Virus record (IMG/VR): IMGVR_UViG_3300034073_003340
Coordinates: 248,001 to 312,000 of that record
Length of the DNA: 64,000 nucleotides
Strand: one strand, 5' to 3'
Below the pieces are notes generated by a model. It was not told the DNA's origin and searched no databases. It saw nothing but the letters and a program-made list of their open reading frames with translations. Shown piece by piece: positions 31,466 through 41,905 of this stretch. The position numbers and the translations under genes were made by a program. The first letter of the stretch is position 1. Each line of letters begins with the position of its first letter.

Positions 31466-31759
31466 TTAGTCGGCGATCTTCACCGATGCGCCACGGCCGG
31501 TGTGACCCGGGGTCAGCGCGAACCAGCCATACTTGTCGGCCCGCAGCCCGTAGGCGCCGGCGGTCAGATCCTGGCCTTCGATGGTTGCCTTGCCGCCCGA
31601 CAGGTCGACCAGGAGCTCGTCCTTCTTCAGATTCACACGCGCCTTGCGATCGGTGGGGCGAATGAACATGACGCCGTCACGCACCTGGGTGCGAAGCTTG
31701 GTGGCTGCTGAGAAACGGTCCAGACCGCGAGCAGCGGTATTCAGGGTTAGAGTTGACAT
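31466..31759 (-). CDS. Hypothetical protein, paralog of 29307-29657
   Basis: IRPTDRK, YGLRADKYGWFA; structured ~85-nt leader. Confidence 0.75.
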   Translation of the reverse strand: MSTLTLNTAARGLDRFSAATKLRTQVRDGVMFIRPTDRKARVNLKKDELLVDLSGGKATIEGQDLTAGAYGLRADKYGWFALTPGHTGRGASVKIAD

Positions 31760-32051
31760 TTTCGATCTTTCTGTGTTGCTGTTCACTTCAATGAGTGATA
31801 CTTCACTCAGGGTTGTGAACAGCGGGATTGCCGTCCACAGCCCAGAACATACGCATTGATGTCTAAAAGTCAACCGAAGAAATGTTGTTTTTATTGAATT
31901 CTAGGCATCTTTTGAGTGTGTCAAGCATAAAATTCGCTGATTTCTGCGGTTTCTCATACCAAAATAATTCAATTTTTTCTTGCCCTATCTGTCAAATACA
32001 CTACGATACCTGATACAAAATGCTGGTTTGAAGCAAATTATTGGATTTGAA

Positions 32052-32582
32052 ATGACCCAAAAGCCAACTTGCCAAGACGGTTCTAGCCTCCCTGGTTTGA
32101 TGGGAGAATACACCGATGAAGAGCTCAACGAGCATACCATCAAGCACGCCAAATACTTTACGGTGGTTCAAATCACTAGGGGTGGATTTGTTGGCGGTGG
32201 CAAAAACTATGATCGCCATCAAGTTGATTCTCTTGAAAGTGCTAACCAGCTCGCCGCAGATCTCTATCGGGACGATCCCAAGAAAAGAGGCATTATCATA
32301 TATGCGGTGGCCGATTTTGCCGGCGCTAATGGTTTTAGCCGCCCAGTTGGTAACTATCCACCAACTACGTATATGAGCAAAAGTGACAAGGCTCGGCATG
32401 AAAAGAAGCGCAAAGCAGAAGCACGGGAAAAGCTTCGCGCAGCTCGTATGAGCTTGGGCGAGGGAAGACTTGTTTCAGCAACTAAGTTGCCCTCACAGGT
32501 CGTCGCTGACGATCAGCAGACTTCTGAGGAAGCTTGGATGAACGCAGATGTTCCGCTTGCCTTTATATCAGACGACGATTAA
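32052..32582 (+). CDS. Hypothetical protein
   Basis: Long ORF convergent with 32579-32950; start uncertain. Confidence 0.55.
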   Translation: MTQKPTCQDGSSLPGLMGEYTDEELNEHTIKHAKYFTVVQITRGGFVGGGKNYDRHQVDSLESANQLAADLYRDDPKKRGIIIYAVADFAGANGFSRPVGNYPPTTYMSKSDKARHEKKRKAEAREKLRAARMSLGEGRLVSATKLPSQVVADDQQTSEEAWMNADVPLAFISDDD

Positions 32583-33000
32583 GGCTTTGCCAACTTGGTA
32601 ACAGATTCCCAATCACGACGAAGTTGAAGCATCTTATCCTTGTCGGCCTGGGTTAGCGTCCCAAGTTTGTTGAGATTTCTACAACGTTCCAATTCTTCTC
32701 GGTATCGTTTGAAGAGCGAATACTGTAGAATATCCTCTTCACTTGGTTGGCTTTCCAACTGTAGATCAGAACTTTTGATTACATCATACCAAGGAACTCC
32801 AATGAGTTCAGGCCCGAGAAGTCCTTGATCAAGAATGCTCTGAATGGCTTTGTCAATTCTCATATCAGCAGCAGGGCCAAGATCTTTCAGGGTGAATGCT
32901 TGATCGCCAATAAAGAGAAAGATGCGATCATCTATAGATTTCTTGGCCATTTTTAATACCTAAATTGACTATATGGATATTATGAACATAGGATTATCCT

Positions 33001-33327
33001 ATGTCAAATAGTCGCACGAGTATTTACGTTATTGGCCCCGAGGGTGGGCCTTTTAAAATTGGTTATAGCGCCTGTCCACACAGCCGGTTATCATCGCTCC
33101 AGACTGGATCAACTCAAAAGTTGATTTTACATTATAGCGAAGAAACAGACACCGAAATTGCGAGGGTGATTGAACAATTGATCCATCGCCAGATTGGACA
33201 CAAGAGAATTCGTGGAGAATGGTTTGATGTTGGTTTGGATGAAGCAATTGGAGAGGTAAGGTTCGCCTTTATCCGTTGGGAAGATGAACCTTACCTAGTT
33301 TCCAAATTCAAAAACAAGCTTCTTTAG
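33001..33327 (+). CDS. GIY-YIG-like T5orf172/MUG113 nuclease domain protein
   Basis: IYVIG..FKIGYS..RL..LQTG...E..IH...RIRGEWF. Confidence 0.85.
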   Translation: MSNSRTSIYVIGPEGGPFKIGYSACPHSRLSSLQTGSTQKLILHYSEETDTEIARVIEQLIHRQIGHKRIRGEWFDVGLDEAIGEVRFAFIRWEDEPYLVSKFKNKLL

Positions 33328-33773
33328 GAAAGAAGCGACTTCACAATGGCACTGGCCTTTGCCTTGTCCAGCGAAGTCCCAAAGGTCTTGGTCAGGCTGG
33401 CCATGATGCCACCCATTGCCTTCATGTTCTTTTCCGACAAGCTAGCAATCAAGCTTTCAGCTTCGCCACGGATCTCATCCTCACTGGCCATCTGCGGCAG
33501 CAAGGACTCGAGGATCTCGAGTTCAGCCAGCGACAGTTCGTGGTCAGGCTTGAGGCTTAGGGTGTCCTTGACCTGCTTGATAGCCTTTTGAATTGCCCGC
33601 AGGGCGTCCTCATCATTGGCCTTGACCGTCGAGAGATCAGCACCGGCCTTGACCGCGCGCTCCTTGGCATTCGCAGTAGCGGTAGCTTGGACGCTCTGGA
33701 AGCTGCCGGCAAGCGGGTCGCGGGCCTTCCGCAGTTCGAGGGTTTTTGCGTTCAATGCGGCGAGCACACTCAC
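33324..33773 (-). CDS. GatB/YqeY domain protein
   Basis: ELEILESLLPQMASEDEI, KAMGGIMASL, ASAIVKSLL. Confidence 0.85.
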   Translation of the reverse strand: MSVLAALNAKTLELRKARDPLAGSFQSVQATATANAKERAVKAGADLSTVKANDEDALRAIQKAIKQVKDTLSLKPDHELSLAELEILESLLPQMASEDEIRGEAESLIASLSEKNMKAMGGIMASLTKTFGTSLDKAKASAIVKSLLS

Positions 33774-34567
33774 TGTGATTCTCCATTTTCCATCTTGATC
33801 GTCACTTTAACGTCCAAACCCTCATAACATTTTCTGAGTCGTTCGCAAGTGGAATTCACCCTATCTTGTCGCCTAAATTTTTTGGCTTCCTCTATCGTGT
33901 CCACGAGTTTGGGAGATAGCTTGCCAGTGAACTCATTCTTGATTGACTTCTCAATAGGCGGCAAAGGCTTGGAATAAGTGGGCAGGGTTCCCTTTCGGTG
34001 GTCGCGTTCATAGCGGGTGCGATTCGGACCGCGACGAAACGGATAACCAACTCGACTCTCTGCCCATCGTTGCTGTAAAGCTATCGAGGGGTTGCCGTCC
34101 TTTTCAAAGTAACGCACCATGGGTTCTTGATTACTCACCGTGACTTCAATGGTCTCAGCGATCTCCCCACCATAGAAGCGATGCCCCACTTGAATATAAA
34201 AGTAGGAACCTCGGGGTAGTTTCTCATCACTGCGCAGGGTTGGTAAATTAGCCACGAGGCGTAAATCTCCACGTGTGGCTATTTTCGGGAGTCCAGGATA
34301 GTTTGGCTTTCAACATATCGCGTCCACAGGTTTCCCAACAAGCCAACATACTCATAAAAGGCTCTGAAAGGAATATATCAATCATCTCCTCACCAATTGG
34401 ATTTGGATTGTCATTAGCGGCGATAAACTGTTTCTGGAGATCTTCAAATATCTCATTAAAAGAAGTCCCGTTTAAGCGATTCGCGGCCCTGCTCAACGCC
34501 TCATAACTGAAATTTTGAAATCGGTTGAACGTATCCTTTGATTCGTCGCTGCCACCAAAACCGGACA

Positions 34568-35125
34568 TCAGTCGTTCCTTCTACCATTCCAGGTTTTCAG
34601 CTTGAGGCGATTGTCAGGCACACCTAGCCAATGATCCCTGACCTTACCAATGGTAAGGTGTAGACCAAAGTCATAGGGAAGATCAAACTCCTTGCGAATA
34701 TCCAAGAGCCAAGGACTCTTGACTTCAACAAAGAAGAACTCACCTTTTGCCAATTGGACATTAGGGCTATAGAGGAAGTCAACCTCTCGTCCCTGATACT
34801 TGCCCCACATAGCATCCTTTTGCCACTTGGGAACCTGGCGAAGATCATTCCTGCCACGAATGACACTGACATGAGCATCACCGCTGGGCTGAAGAATTCC
34901 ATGGCCTTCAGCGCCGGTCATGTTCATAAGGTTGCGATCCACGAACCAACGGAACATTCGAGTGATTTCACGATCGACCTCGAGGACCAGCCAATCTTGC
35001 GTATTCTTCTTGTTCTTACGCTTGGGGTCATAGACTAGCACGCCACGGCTTTTATGCCATCCGGCCTCGCCCAGCATCAGCTTGGGCTTTAGGGCTTCGC
35101 GCCTTCCAGGGGTCAACGTGTTCAT
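34568..35125 (-). CDS. 2H phosphoesterase family protein
   Basis: Paired AHVSVI and LHLTIG motifs about 72 aa apart. Confidence 0.7.
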   Translation of the reverse strand: MNTLTPGRREALKPKLMLGEAGWHKSRGVLVYDPKRKNKKNTQDWLVLEVDREITRMFRWFVDRNLMNMTGAEGHGILQPSGDAHVSVIRGRNDLRQVPKWQKDAMWGKYQGREVDFLYSPNVQLAKGEFFFVEVKSPWLLDIRKEFDLPYDFGLHLTIGKVRDHWLGVPDNRLKLKTWNGRRND

Positions 35126-35213
35126 GTCTTGGTTTTAACACCAGTTCTTATCCTGTCAAGGAAAAAGGGCAGATTTCTCTGCCCTTTTCCAACTTTGGTG
35201 CGACCCAAAGGAT

Positions 35214-35588
35214 TCAAACAGCTTCGACAAATTTCTTCTTGGAGACGTCCCAATCATAGGACTTGCCGGCCATGCGCAGAGCAACCAGAGCGTCGAGGTT
35301 GATGTTTCGGAAGGCACCCTTTTCCATCTCTTCAACGCTTTTGCCCGCGTTGTAGGGAGCCTTGGGGTCCATCTTCTGCATGTCGAAAACCGTCAGGAGG
35401 TTTTTGCTTGCCGGATCATAGGACTGGCCAACTCCCTTGACACCCTTCTTCACGCCGCGACGACAATTCATAGTGCGCAGGGAGGGCTCGCCGGGCTTTG
35501 CCGTGCGCTTGACAAAGTCCACAGTGAACAGTTGTCCACCCTTGGTATTCTCGAGGAACTGTTCCAAAGTCATTTCGGCTCGCGCCAT
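35214..35588 (-). CDS. Conserved phage protein (SH3-like fold likely)
   Basis: FTVDFVKR..LRTMNCRRGV...FRNINLD; early promoter, terminator. Confidence 0.65.
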   Translation of the reverse strand: MARAEMTLEQFLENTKGGQLFTVDFVKRTAKPGEPSLRTMNCRRGVKKGVKGVGQSYDPASKNLLTVFDMQKMDPKAPYNAGKSVEEMEKGAFRNINLDALVALRMAGKSYDWDVSKKKFVEAV

Positions 35589-35616
35589 GTGCGATCTCCC
35601 TAAAAGTTGATACATA

Positions 35617-35988
35617 TCAATTAACAGAGAAATCGCACCTTGTCAACCGACCCTTAGACTTTTTTCGTCTTTTTGAACTATTGACGGTTTTCTTCGGTGG
35701 CATCTTAATTCCACCGTAGCCAATACTCTGAACTTGGGCTCCGTTCTTAGCAGTAACCACAAGATCATGATCACATGCGTTGAGCAAAGCTCTTACAGTA
35801 GCAAGCTGTGGAAAGCGCGTTTCCCTGTAAAGCCACTTGCTGATCGTCTGAGGGGTCGGGCCGCCCCTCTCATGAACCCGTTTGAGTGACTGACCACTGT
35901 TGATCATAACAGCAATGCTGTCGTCGCGAAGATCCTCAAGGTCGACAAGAGGCTTTCTCGCGCCCGGTTCATCTAACTTCTTAGCCAT
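35617..35988 (-). CDS. XRE-type HTH protein
   Basis: SLKRVHERGGPTPQTISKWLYRETRFPQLATV. Confidence 0.7.
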   Translation of the reverse strand: MAKKLDEPGARKPLVDLEDLRDDSIAVMINSGQSLKRVHERGGPTPQTISKWLYRETRFPQLATVRALLNACDHDLVVTAKNGAQVQSIGYGGIKMPPKKTVNSSKRRKKSKGRLTRCDFSVN

Positions 35989-36000
35989 GTTTCGATCTCC

Positions 36001-37329
36001 TTAAAGGCTTGGCAATTCCCACTTGATTCGGATACCCCGAATCTTCTTGTTCTTCTGAAAGGCCAAAAATCCTCGGAAGAGAACTTCTACCTTCTGCTCT
36101 CTTACCAAGGAACTGAACGCGATCAGCTTTTCGCGAGTAATATAAGCTGGACTGTCAGCAGAGATATTCACTCCAGTTATGACCTGATCTAGGAACGTTT
36201 GGGCAGCAACAGGATCCGCTTTGCTCATAGCATAGTGACAAAACGCCATAACACTTGGCGGGGCTAGACGTTTGCTCTTATTACCATGCTTGTATGGATA
36301 TTGGCTAGAGATGTCGAGTTGTTTGTCAGAGCGTGCTCGCTCGTAAATCTCACTAGCTGTGATGCGATTCATATAGGCAAAGTTCTGCCCTTGGTTACGC
36401 TCATAGGCTAAAACAAACCGGGCAAGAGCAGCCAGAGTGGTTGGTTGAGTAAATCCGTCAACGCTTAGATGATCATGGGCTCCTCTATTGGCACCAGTAT
36501 CAACTGTTCTGCGAGTGTTGCGCTCAATACCAAATACAAAGAGCACCGGGATGCTCTTACCTGTCTCGATTACAGCAAGGCTACGATGCTGACCATTGTT
36601 GACTAGGCCTTCCTTGCTGATAATGATTGTTTCGCCGTTGAAGTCCCAGCGACCTTCGTTGATGTCCGAGACGTACTGACTCAATTTAGAGGTCCGAACC
36701 GGACGATTTCCGTCGTTATGGTCGATAAGGACCCTAGCTAGAGCTGGGGTCATGTCAACCTTTTGGGTATGAACTTTGGCTTTGCCTTTTTGGACCTGTG
36801 ATTCATACCAAAGAGCTGCTCCTTCATCAGTATCCAAGTCAGCCTGGATAGCATTATCGGCTTCAACCGCCATAATGTCTTCGGAGAAGTGTGTTCCGGG
36901 GAAATGAGTTTCAAAGGAAGTCTCTTCCTTTAGAGCTTCAATATCAAGAAAAGTGCTTGTCACTGCCGTAGGTAGTTCGTCGATAAATTCAATCGACTCA
37001 CGATCTGGATTGAACCTGCCCTGGAGGCGTAGAGCTTTCAACTCCATCCCAGGGGTGGTTAATCCTGTAAGATGATGCTCACCAAGACTATTGGCATAAG
37101 CAAATCTGCCTTTTACACTAGTCGAGAGCTTTACACCTTCAGTCCCAAGATCTAGACTAAGAATGCCGTCTTTATGTGACATCTTAATTCTCTGATGTTC
37201 TTCTGGAACGTTGACCAGAAATTCCTTGCTAACTCCAACTGACCATACCAGTCTTGAATGGGATTTGCTTCCCATTCTAACACTACTGAGTCTCAGGTCG
37301 ATAGGGGCTTGAAACACATTTTTAGTCAT
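36001..37329 (-). CDS. ParB/Srx-like domain protein
   Basis: MTPALA..NRPV..YVSDINEGRW.FNGETI...NGQHR. Confidence 0.75.
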   Translation of the reverse strand: MTKNVFQAPIDLRLSSVRMGSKSHSRLVWSVGVSKEFLVNVPEEHQRIKMSHKDGILSLDLGTEGVKLSTSVKGRFAYANSLGEHHLTGLTTPGMELKALRLQGRFNPDRESIEFIDELPTAVTSTFLDIEALKEETSFETHFPGTHFSEDIMAVEADNAIQADLDTDEGAALWYESQVQKGKAKVHTQKVDMTPALARVLIDHNDGNRPVRTSKLSQYVSDINEGRWDFNGETIIISKEGLVNNGQHRSLAVIETGKSIPVLFVFGIERNTRRTVDTGANRGAHDHLSVDGFTQPTTLAALARFVLAYERNQGQNFAYMNRITASEIYERARSDKQLDISSQYPYKHGNKSKRLAPPSVMAFCHYAMSKADPVAAQTFLDQVITGVNISADSPAYITREKLIAFSSLVREQKVEVLFRGFLAFQKNKKIRGIRIKWELPSL

Positions 37330-37564
37330 TGGTAGGTTCCGATCTCATAGTTGATATTACGGTTTTAACAAAGGTCTTTTCAGCAGCTTGTTTGTCGCTT
37401 TGGAATTCATCCAAAGCTCGTTGTAGAGCCGGATTAGTCTCAGGGTCAAAGAACAGTTTTATGACAGTACTGGCCAGATATAGCTTACTCATACCAGTCT
37501 GTTTGGCAATAACATCTAGGGCCTGGCTGGCTTCTTTGGTTATGGCAACGCTGGTGTGGCTCAT
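37322..37564 (-). CDS. Putative ribbon-helix-helix protein
   Basis: TSVAITKEASQALDVIAKQTGMSK pattern. Confidence 0.5.
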   Translation of the reverse strand: MSHTSVAITKEASQALDVIAKQTGMSKLYLASTVIKLFFDPETNPALQRALDEFQSDKQAAEKTFVKTVISTMRSEPTND

Positions 37565-38556
37565 GGACGTCTTTCAATAAATTGATATTGCTGGAACAGG
37601 TAGACGCACCGGTGTCATATCATGAACTGTGGAATGTGGTTTGAGGTAAAATACCTTCTTCAATTTTCCAGCCGGTTCCAAAGTATATCGGGTTCGTCGG
37701 TCAAGCCCAAAAGTTTCAAACTCTTGGAGTGGGATACAAAGTTGCCCAATAGTCTTGTGTTGGTAGAAATAAGGCACCATTGTTTTCTCAAGACTGGCAT
37801 TTTTTGAGAAACGGAGGAATGTGTTGTCTTTGACGTTTTCAAAGACAACATAACTACCAAGAGATGTCATAATCCTATGACAATGTATATTGAGATGAAT
37901 CCTGACTCGGTTAGAATCATACAGCGGATCCAGTTGTCTGGCTACTGATTTTCGCCAGTCCCAGTTTCTATAATCGCCGCCCATACTGATCCGATCTATA
38001 AGTTGGCGTTGTCAGCTAACTTATAGATTTGCTATAGATTGTCAAGAACTTGCTTATAGCTAGATTATAGCTTTGATTTTAGACTCCAGGATCTCATCTA
38101 CTATAGCAAAAAGCATTGCTTTTTGAACGATCTGTAGAGCCGTGGTGTTTCTATTATGTTGACTATTCAGAGACAGAAAGAGGCCGCATGTCTGATAGCT
38201 GAAAAGATCAAACGATTCGATATTTTCAAAACTAACCTTCATATGAAGGCCGTTGAGCTTGAGTAGATTTACCTCCAAGCTCTTTTTAAAATCTCTTATG
38301 AACCAAGGCCCTCCGGCCATTGCTATCATATTTTTGTCAGCAAAAAATCGGCCTTTGGGCTCACGCTTGTGTAGCTCAAATACGAGGTAAGGGGTTGACA
38401 GGCAAATAGTCTCATTGGAGTCACTGAATTTGCTAGTGAAGCTATCGCCCCTGAAAATTCGGGCAGTGTCTGTTATGTTTCTTGTTAGCTTGCTCATGTG
38501 TCACTTTATAAGATAATGACGGGGAGAACAAGCCAAAGCCGTTCTCCCCGTCATCG

Positions 38557-38718
38557 TTAGCCTGTTTACCCAGCATCTAATCTCATATCGGGTCGCAAGT
38601 CAATACGGAGATCAAACACTATACCACATGCCTATGCCGAGTCCAAGAACCTCCTAAGAGCCCCAGTCTAGCCTATCCCCACTGCTAAGGCAACAACGGG
38701 AACCCCTCAACAGGCCAC
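38557..38718 (-). ncRNA. Orphan structured RNA candidate
   Basis: TTGCAC-N17-TATGAT promoter, GGCCTGTT/AACAGGCT terminal stem, terminator 38515-38555, no ORF. Confidence 0.55.
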
Positions 38719-38784
38719 TTCTTATCATAATCTTTTAGCATCAATAGTGCAAGAAGTTTACCTATGTGAACCCAGTATCTGCGT

Positions 38785-39276
38785 TCAGCCGTGCTTTTTC
38801 GTCGACGAGTGTGTGAAAAGTGCTACACCAGAAAGTGCTAGTCCCATAATAGGGACAGTGAATAATCCAAATCTAACAATGAGCATCACTGCCGTGCTGA
38901 CTTCGCTATATGTCAGGTAACCTGCAAAATGAATTACCATGGTTATCATAAACAAAGCAAAACATAGAGCAAAAGATGAAGCAACAGCTATAGCCCAACT
39001 TGCTGCGATATCTTCCGCAAGGCTTGCTGGTTTTTCCGGTTCTTGAAAATGCTCGACGACTTTCCATCCCGACTTTTGGGCCAATTCGTCGGCGTAACGA
39101 TCTGCCATAGCCTTGTTGTTGGTGTTGAAGATCACTTTGATATGAACCCCCTCGGGGGTTTCAAAATATGCTTCGTAGGATTCAGGAGCCGATGTGTTGC
39201 CTGAACTGGGTATGAATACGGGGATCAGCTGAGGACCGTTGGGACCAGTAGTCATACCAAAAGTTATCTGTGTCAT
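38785..39276 (-). CDS. Hypothetical membrane protein (2 TM)
   Basis: Leaderless promoter; C-terminal hydrophobic helices. Confidence 0.6.
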   Translation of the reverse strand: MTQITFGMTTGPNGPQLIPVFIPSSGNTSAPESYEAYFETPEGVHIKVIFNTNNKAMADRYADELAQKSGWKVVEHFQEPEKPASLAEDIAASWAIAVASSFALCFALFMITMVIHFAGYLTYSEVSTAVMLIVRFGLFTVPIMGLALSGVALFTHSSTKKHG

Positions 39277-39660
39277 GTGTCAATGATACACTTTGATACA
39301 TGGAAGTCAATCCTACATAAAGGTGATGCGAAGATAATTAGTTGTCATCGCCATACGGGGACCATCATCTACTATAGGCCCGCTTATACTTTCAATACGA
39401 TCAAATACATAGCCTCCGGCTTTGTCGCAGATTCTCGCGCTCATGATCTTTTTGAGGTCAGCAACGGATAGGTCACTGTCAACTATCATACGAAACATTC
39501 TGATATCGTGATGTTCATTGAACTGTGCCACATGAACATAGATGCCAAACTCTTTGGCCACGACTTCAGTAAAAAGATGATCTTTGGGATATTCACGAAC
39601 ATCGATAATCATACGGACCTCGCAGGTTGCTATCCTACTTATCCGTCGATTGGATAAAGA

Positions 39661-40088
39661 GTTCTTGAGTAGAAAGGCCAGTTTCCCCTATTGATCTGGC
39701 ACCACCCGCAGGGCTCCAAGCAACCTTGATAGTATCTAGGCATTGTTCTACCCAAGCTATGGTGTCTTCTCGAGGAAGAACTCTTCAACCGCGCCGGGGT
39801 TTCCATCCCACCTATCTTTGATAGGATCTATATCATACTATCAACTTACTACTCAAAAATCTCAGTCATACGTCTGGCCTCCACATTACCAGCACCGGCG
39901 TAAAGAGGTATTCAAGACCTCTTGGCCCATCCAGAGCCTCACCTAGAGCACCATGGGTGGCCTCTACGCCCTAAAGAGAATCGAACTCTTTGCCGCTTGA
40001 GGATCTGCCCTTGTTGCCGGCCGAACAACATAACCGCCCATCTACATGGGCTTGGCGTTGAGCAGGGCCACGGCCCCATCATATGACT
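39661..40088 (-). ncRNA. Two tandem orphan structured RNA domains
   Basis: TTGACA-N17-TATGAT promoter; AGTCATATG/CGTATGACT and TTGAGTAG/CTACTCAA closing stems; T-loop-like hairpins. Confidence 0.6.
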
Positions 40089-40155
40089 TCCCTTATCATA
40101 AGATAGGTTTTCAAAGTTGTCAAACTAAATAGGTCATATGATGAGGTAACCCATT

Positions 40156-40881
40156 ATGTTTGTGAGAATCCTATCCATGGTGTCTATCTTCCTGCTTTTT
40201 ACAGGGGATAGCTTACCAGAGATGGGAAAGCTAGGTCAACCCGAGGGAGTGGTAATAGAAACAGTCCCACAACAAATCTTAAACAAGATCGACCCTCCCC
40301 AGTCAAAAATTCTAACCTGGGAACAATATCAAAAAGCTTTGGATTATGGTAAAGTTGCCCTCGAAGATCAATGTCAGGAGCAACCAGAAGCACTATGGTG
40401 CTCTGATCAACCCTTGAAAGAAAAGACATTAACTCCTTGGCAGATTATGAATATTAGTTTGGAAACCAAGGATAACTTTAGATATGTTTCAGACTTAATT
40501 GATATCTGGCGTATTCACAGCTCTTCAGTTATAGATGGAAAAGTCTGGAGAGGTGATTGTGACGATCTTGTGTCAACTACCAATGATATGATGATCAGAA
40601 ATGGACAACCTCGCAACAAGGTCTGGTTTGCCTTAGTGAACGTTTCTAATCGAAAGATATTGGATCATCTTGTAGGAATTGTCGAGGATGCCGACGGTCG
40701 CTATTGGGTAGTGGGTGATACTTCCCAGCAGAATGCTTATCCAATTGAGCATTTGAAATACAAAGTGGTAGCAATAGCGAGAGCCTCGGATGTAAAGGCT
40801 TGGTTTGATCCTAGAGAGGTCAAATTCTTCCCTGTGAGGGTCTTAGAGAACCAACCCAACATAGAAACAGTTGCGCTATAG
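40156..40881 (+). CDS. Transglutaminase-like cysteine protease (BTLCP/LapG-like), secreted
   Basis: Signal-like N-terminus, YVSD..D.W, GDCDD, DHLV, VVGD; TAAATA upstream. Confidence 0.75.
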   Translation: MFVRILSMVSIFLLFTGDSLPEMGKLGQPEGVVIETVPQQILNKIDPPQSKILTWEQYQKALDYGKVALEDQCQEQPEALWCSDQPLKEKTLTPWQIMNISLETKDNFRYVSDLIDIWRIHSSSVIDGKVWRGDCDDLVSTTNDMMIRNGQPRNKVWFALVNVSNRKILDHLVGIVEDADGRYWVVGDTSQQNAYPIEHLKYKVVAIARASDVKAWFDPREVKFFPVRVLENQPNIETVAL

Positions 40882-41229
40882 AAGGAAACGGGGAGGCTCA
40901 GCCTCCCCGTTTTCTACCAACAGACGCCTATTAGACTATCTGCAACCAACCTGCCCAAGAACCTCAAATCCTCAAATTTTCGAAATATACTCTAGACTTC
41001 TATTGGATTTAAAGCTGGTAGACCTTGGAGGCTTCTTTATGGGATCCACAACTTGGTAGCTACTCCTGTGTGAACGGTCGACGGCCAGGCGAATTGGCGA
41101 CTATTAGCAATTTAGTCCAAAGTTTCGCGGCTGGTCCCGTCCCTCCTATATAGAGCTTGTCTTTCTAAGACCCAGCAACAGTCTATTATCGAAAAAGGCT
41201 CATGATATCTAGCTTTGCTTTGCTAGACT

Positions 41230-41820
41230 TTAACCATTTAGTTGTGACCTATCATCGGTGTCAACCTCGATTTTGGCTGAGAGATAGATTTTTTCACTCT
41301 GTCCCAGCCCAGGGCCACCAGCTGATTCAAGGCTATATGAAGCCATTCTTGCTCCATTGGAATACACATCTCGATGTGAACCAGGTTCCTTGAATTCAAT
41401 GGAAGAGATGCTACCGCCAAGCTTACTGGCTTCCGCCTTGGCCTTTTCAATAATAGCAAGGCGGAGATCAGACTCAGCATCGCGCTTTTGGAACAGCGGG
41501 ATGCTTGTATCAGTATCACAAATCTGTAGAGTCAGAATTCCACGCTCATTGAGATCAGTGGCTTTCTGTTCCAGCTGATCATTGAGCGACGCATCGACTC
41601 TTGTTGATGCCTGAACCCGGAAAGTAAACCCATCGGGTTGGAAAGAAAAATTGCTGAATGCCCAGCTAGCCCCAGGGAAGAACTTGTTGGCCAGTTCAAG
41701 AGCTGAACTCTCAAGAGCGGGCCGGTCCTGTCCGTTGATAACGCCGGTGATAGCGACTGTTACCTTTACCGTATTGTTGGTAATGGTAACCTCGTCGGTT
41801 AGGTCAAATTTGATTTTCAT
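41230..41820 (-). CDS. SIMPL/DUF541-like protein
   Basis: LAIIEKAKAEASKL..ISSIEF pattern. Confidence 0.4.
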   Translation of the reverse strand: MKIKFDLTDEVTITNNTVKVTVAITGVINGQDRPALESSALELANKFFPGASWAFSNFSFQPDGFTFRVQASTRVDASLNDQLEQKATDLNERGILTLQICDTDTSIPLFQKRDAESDLRLAIIEKAKAEASKLGGSISSIEFKEPGSHRDVYSNGARMASYSLESAGGPGLGQSEKIYLSAKIEVDTDDRSQLNG

Positions 41821-41905
41821 GTTGGCTTCCCTCGTATGGAAGCTAGATTATGTGCGAATGTAGATTTCTTGTCAAGATAATGGCGGGATCAATCCCGCCA
41901 TTATT

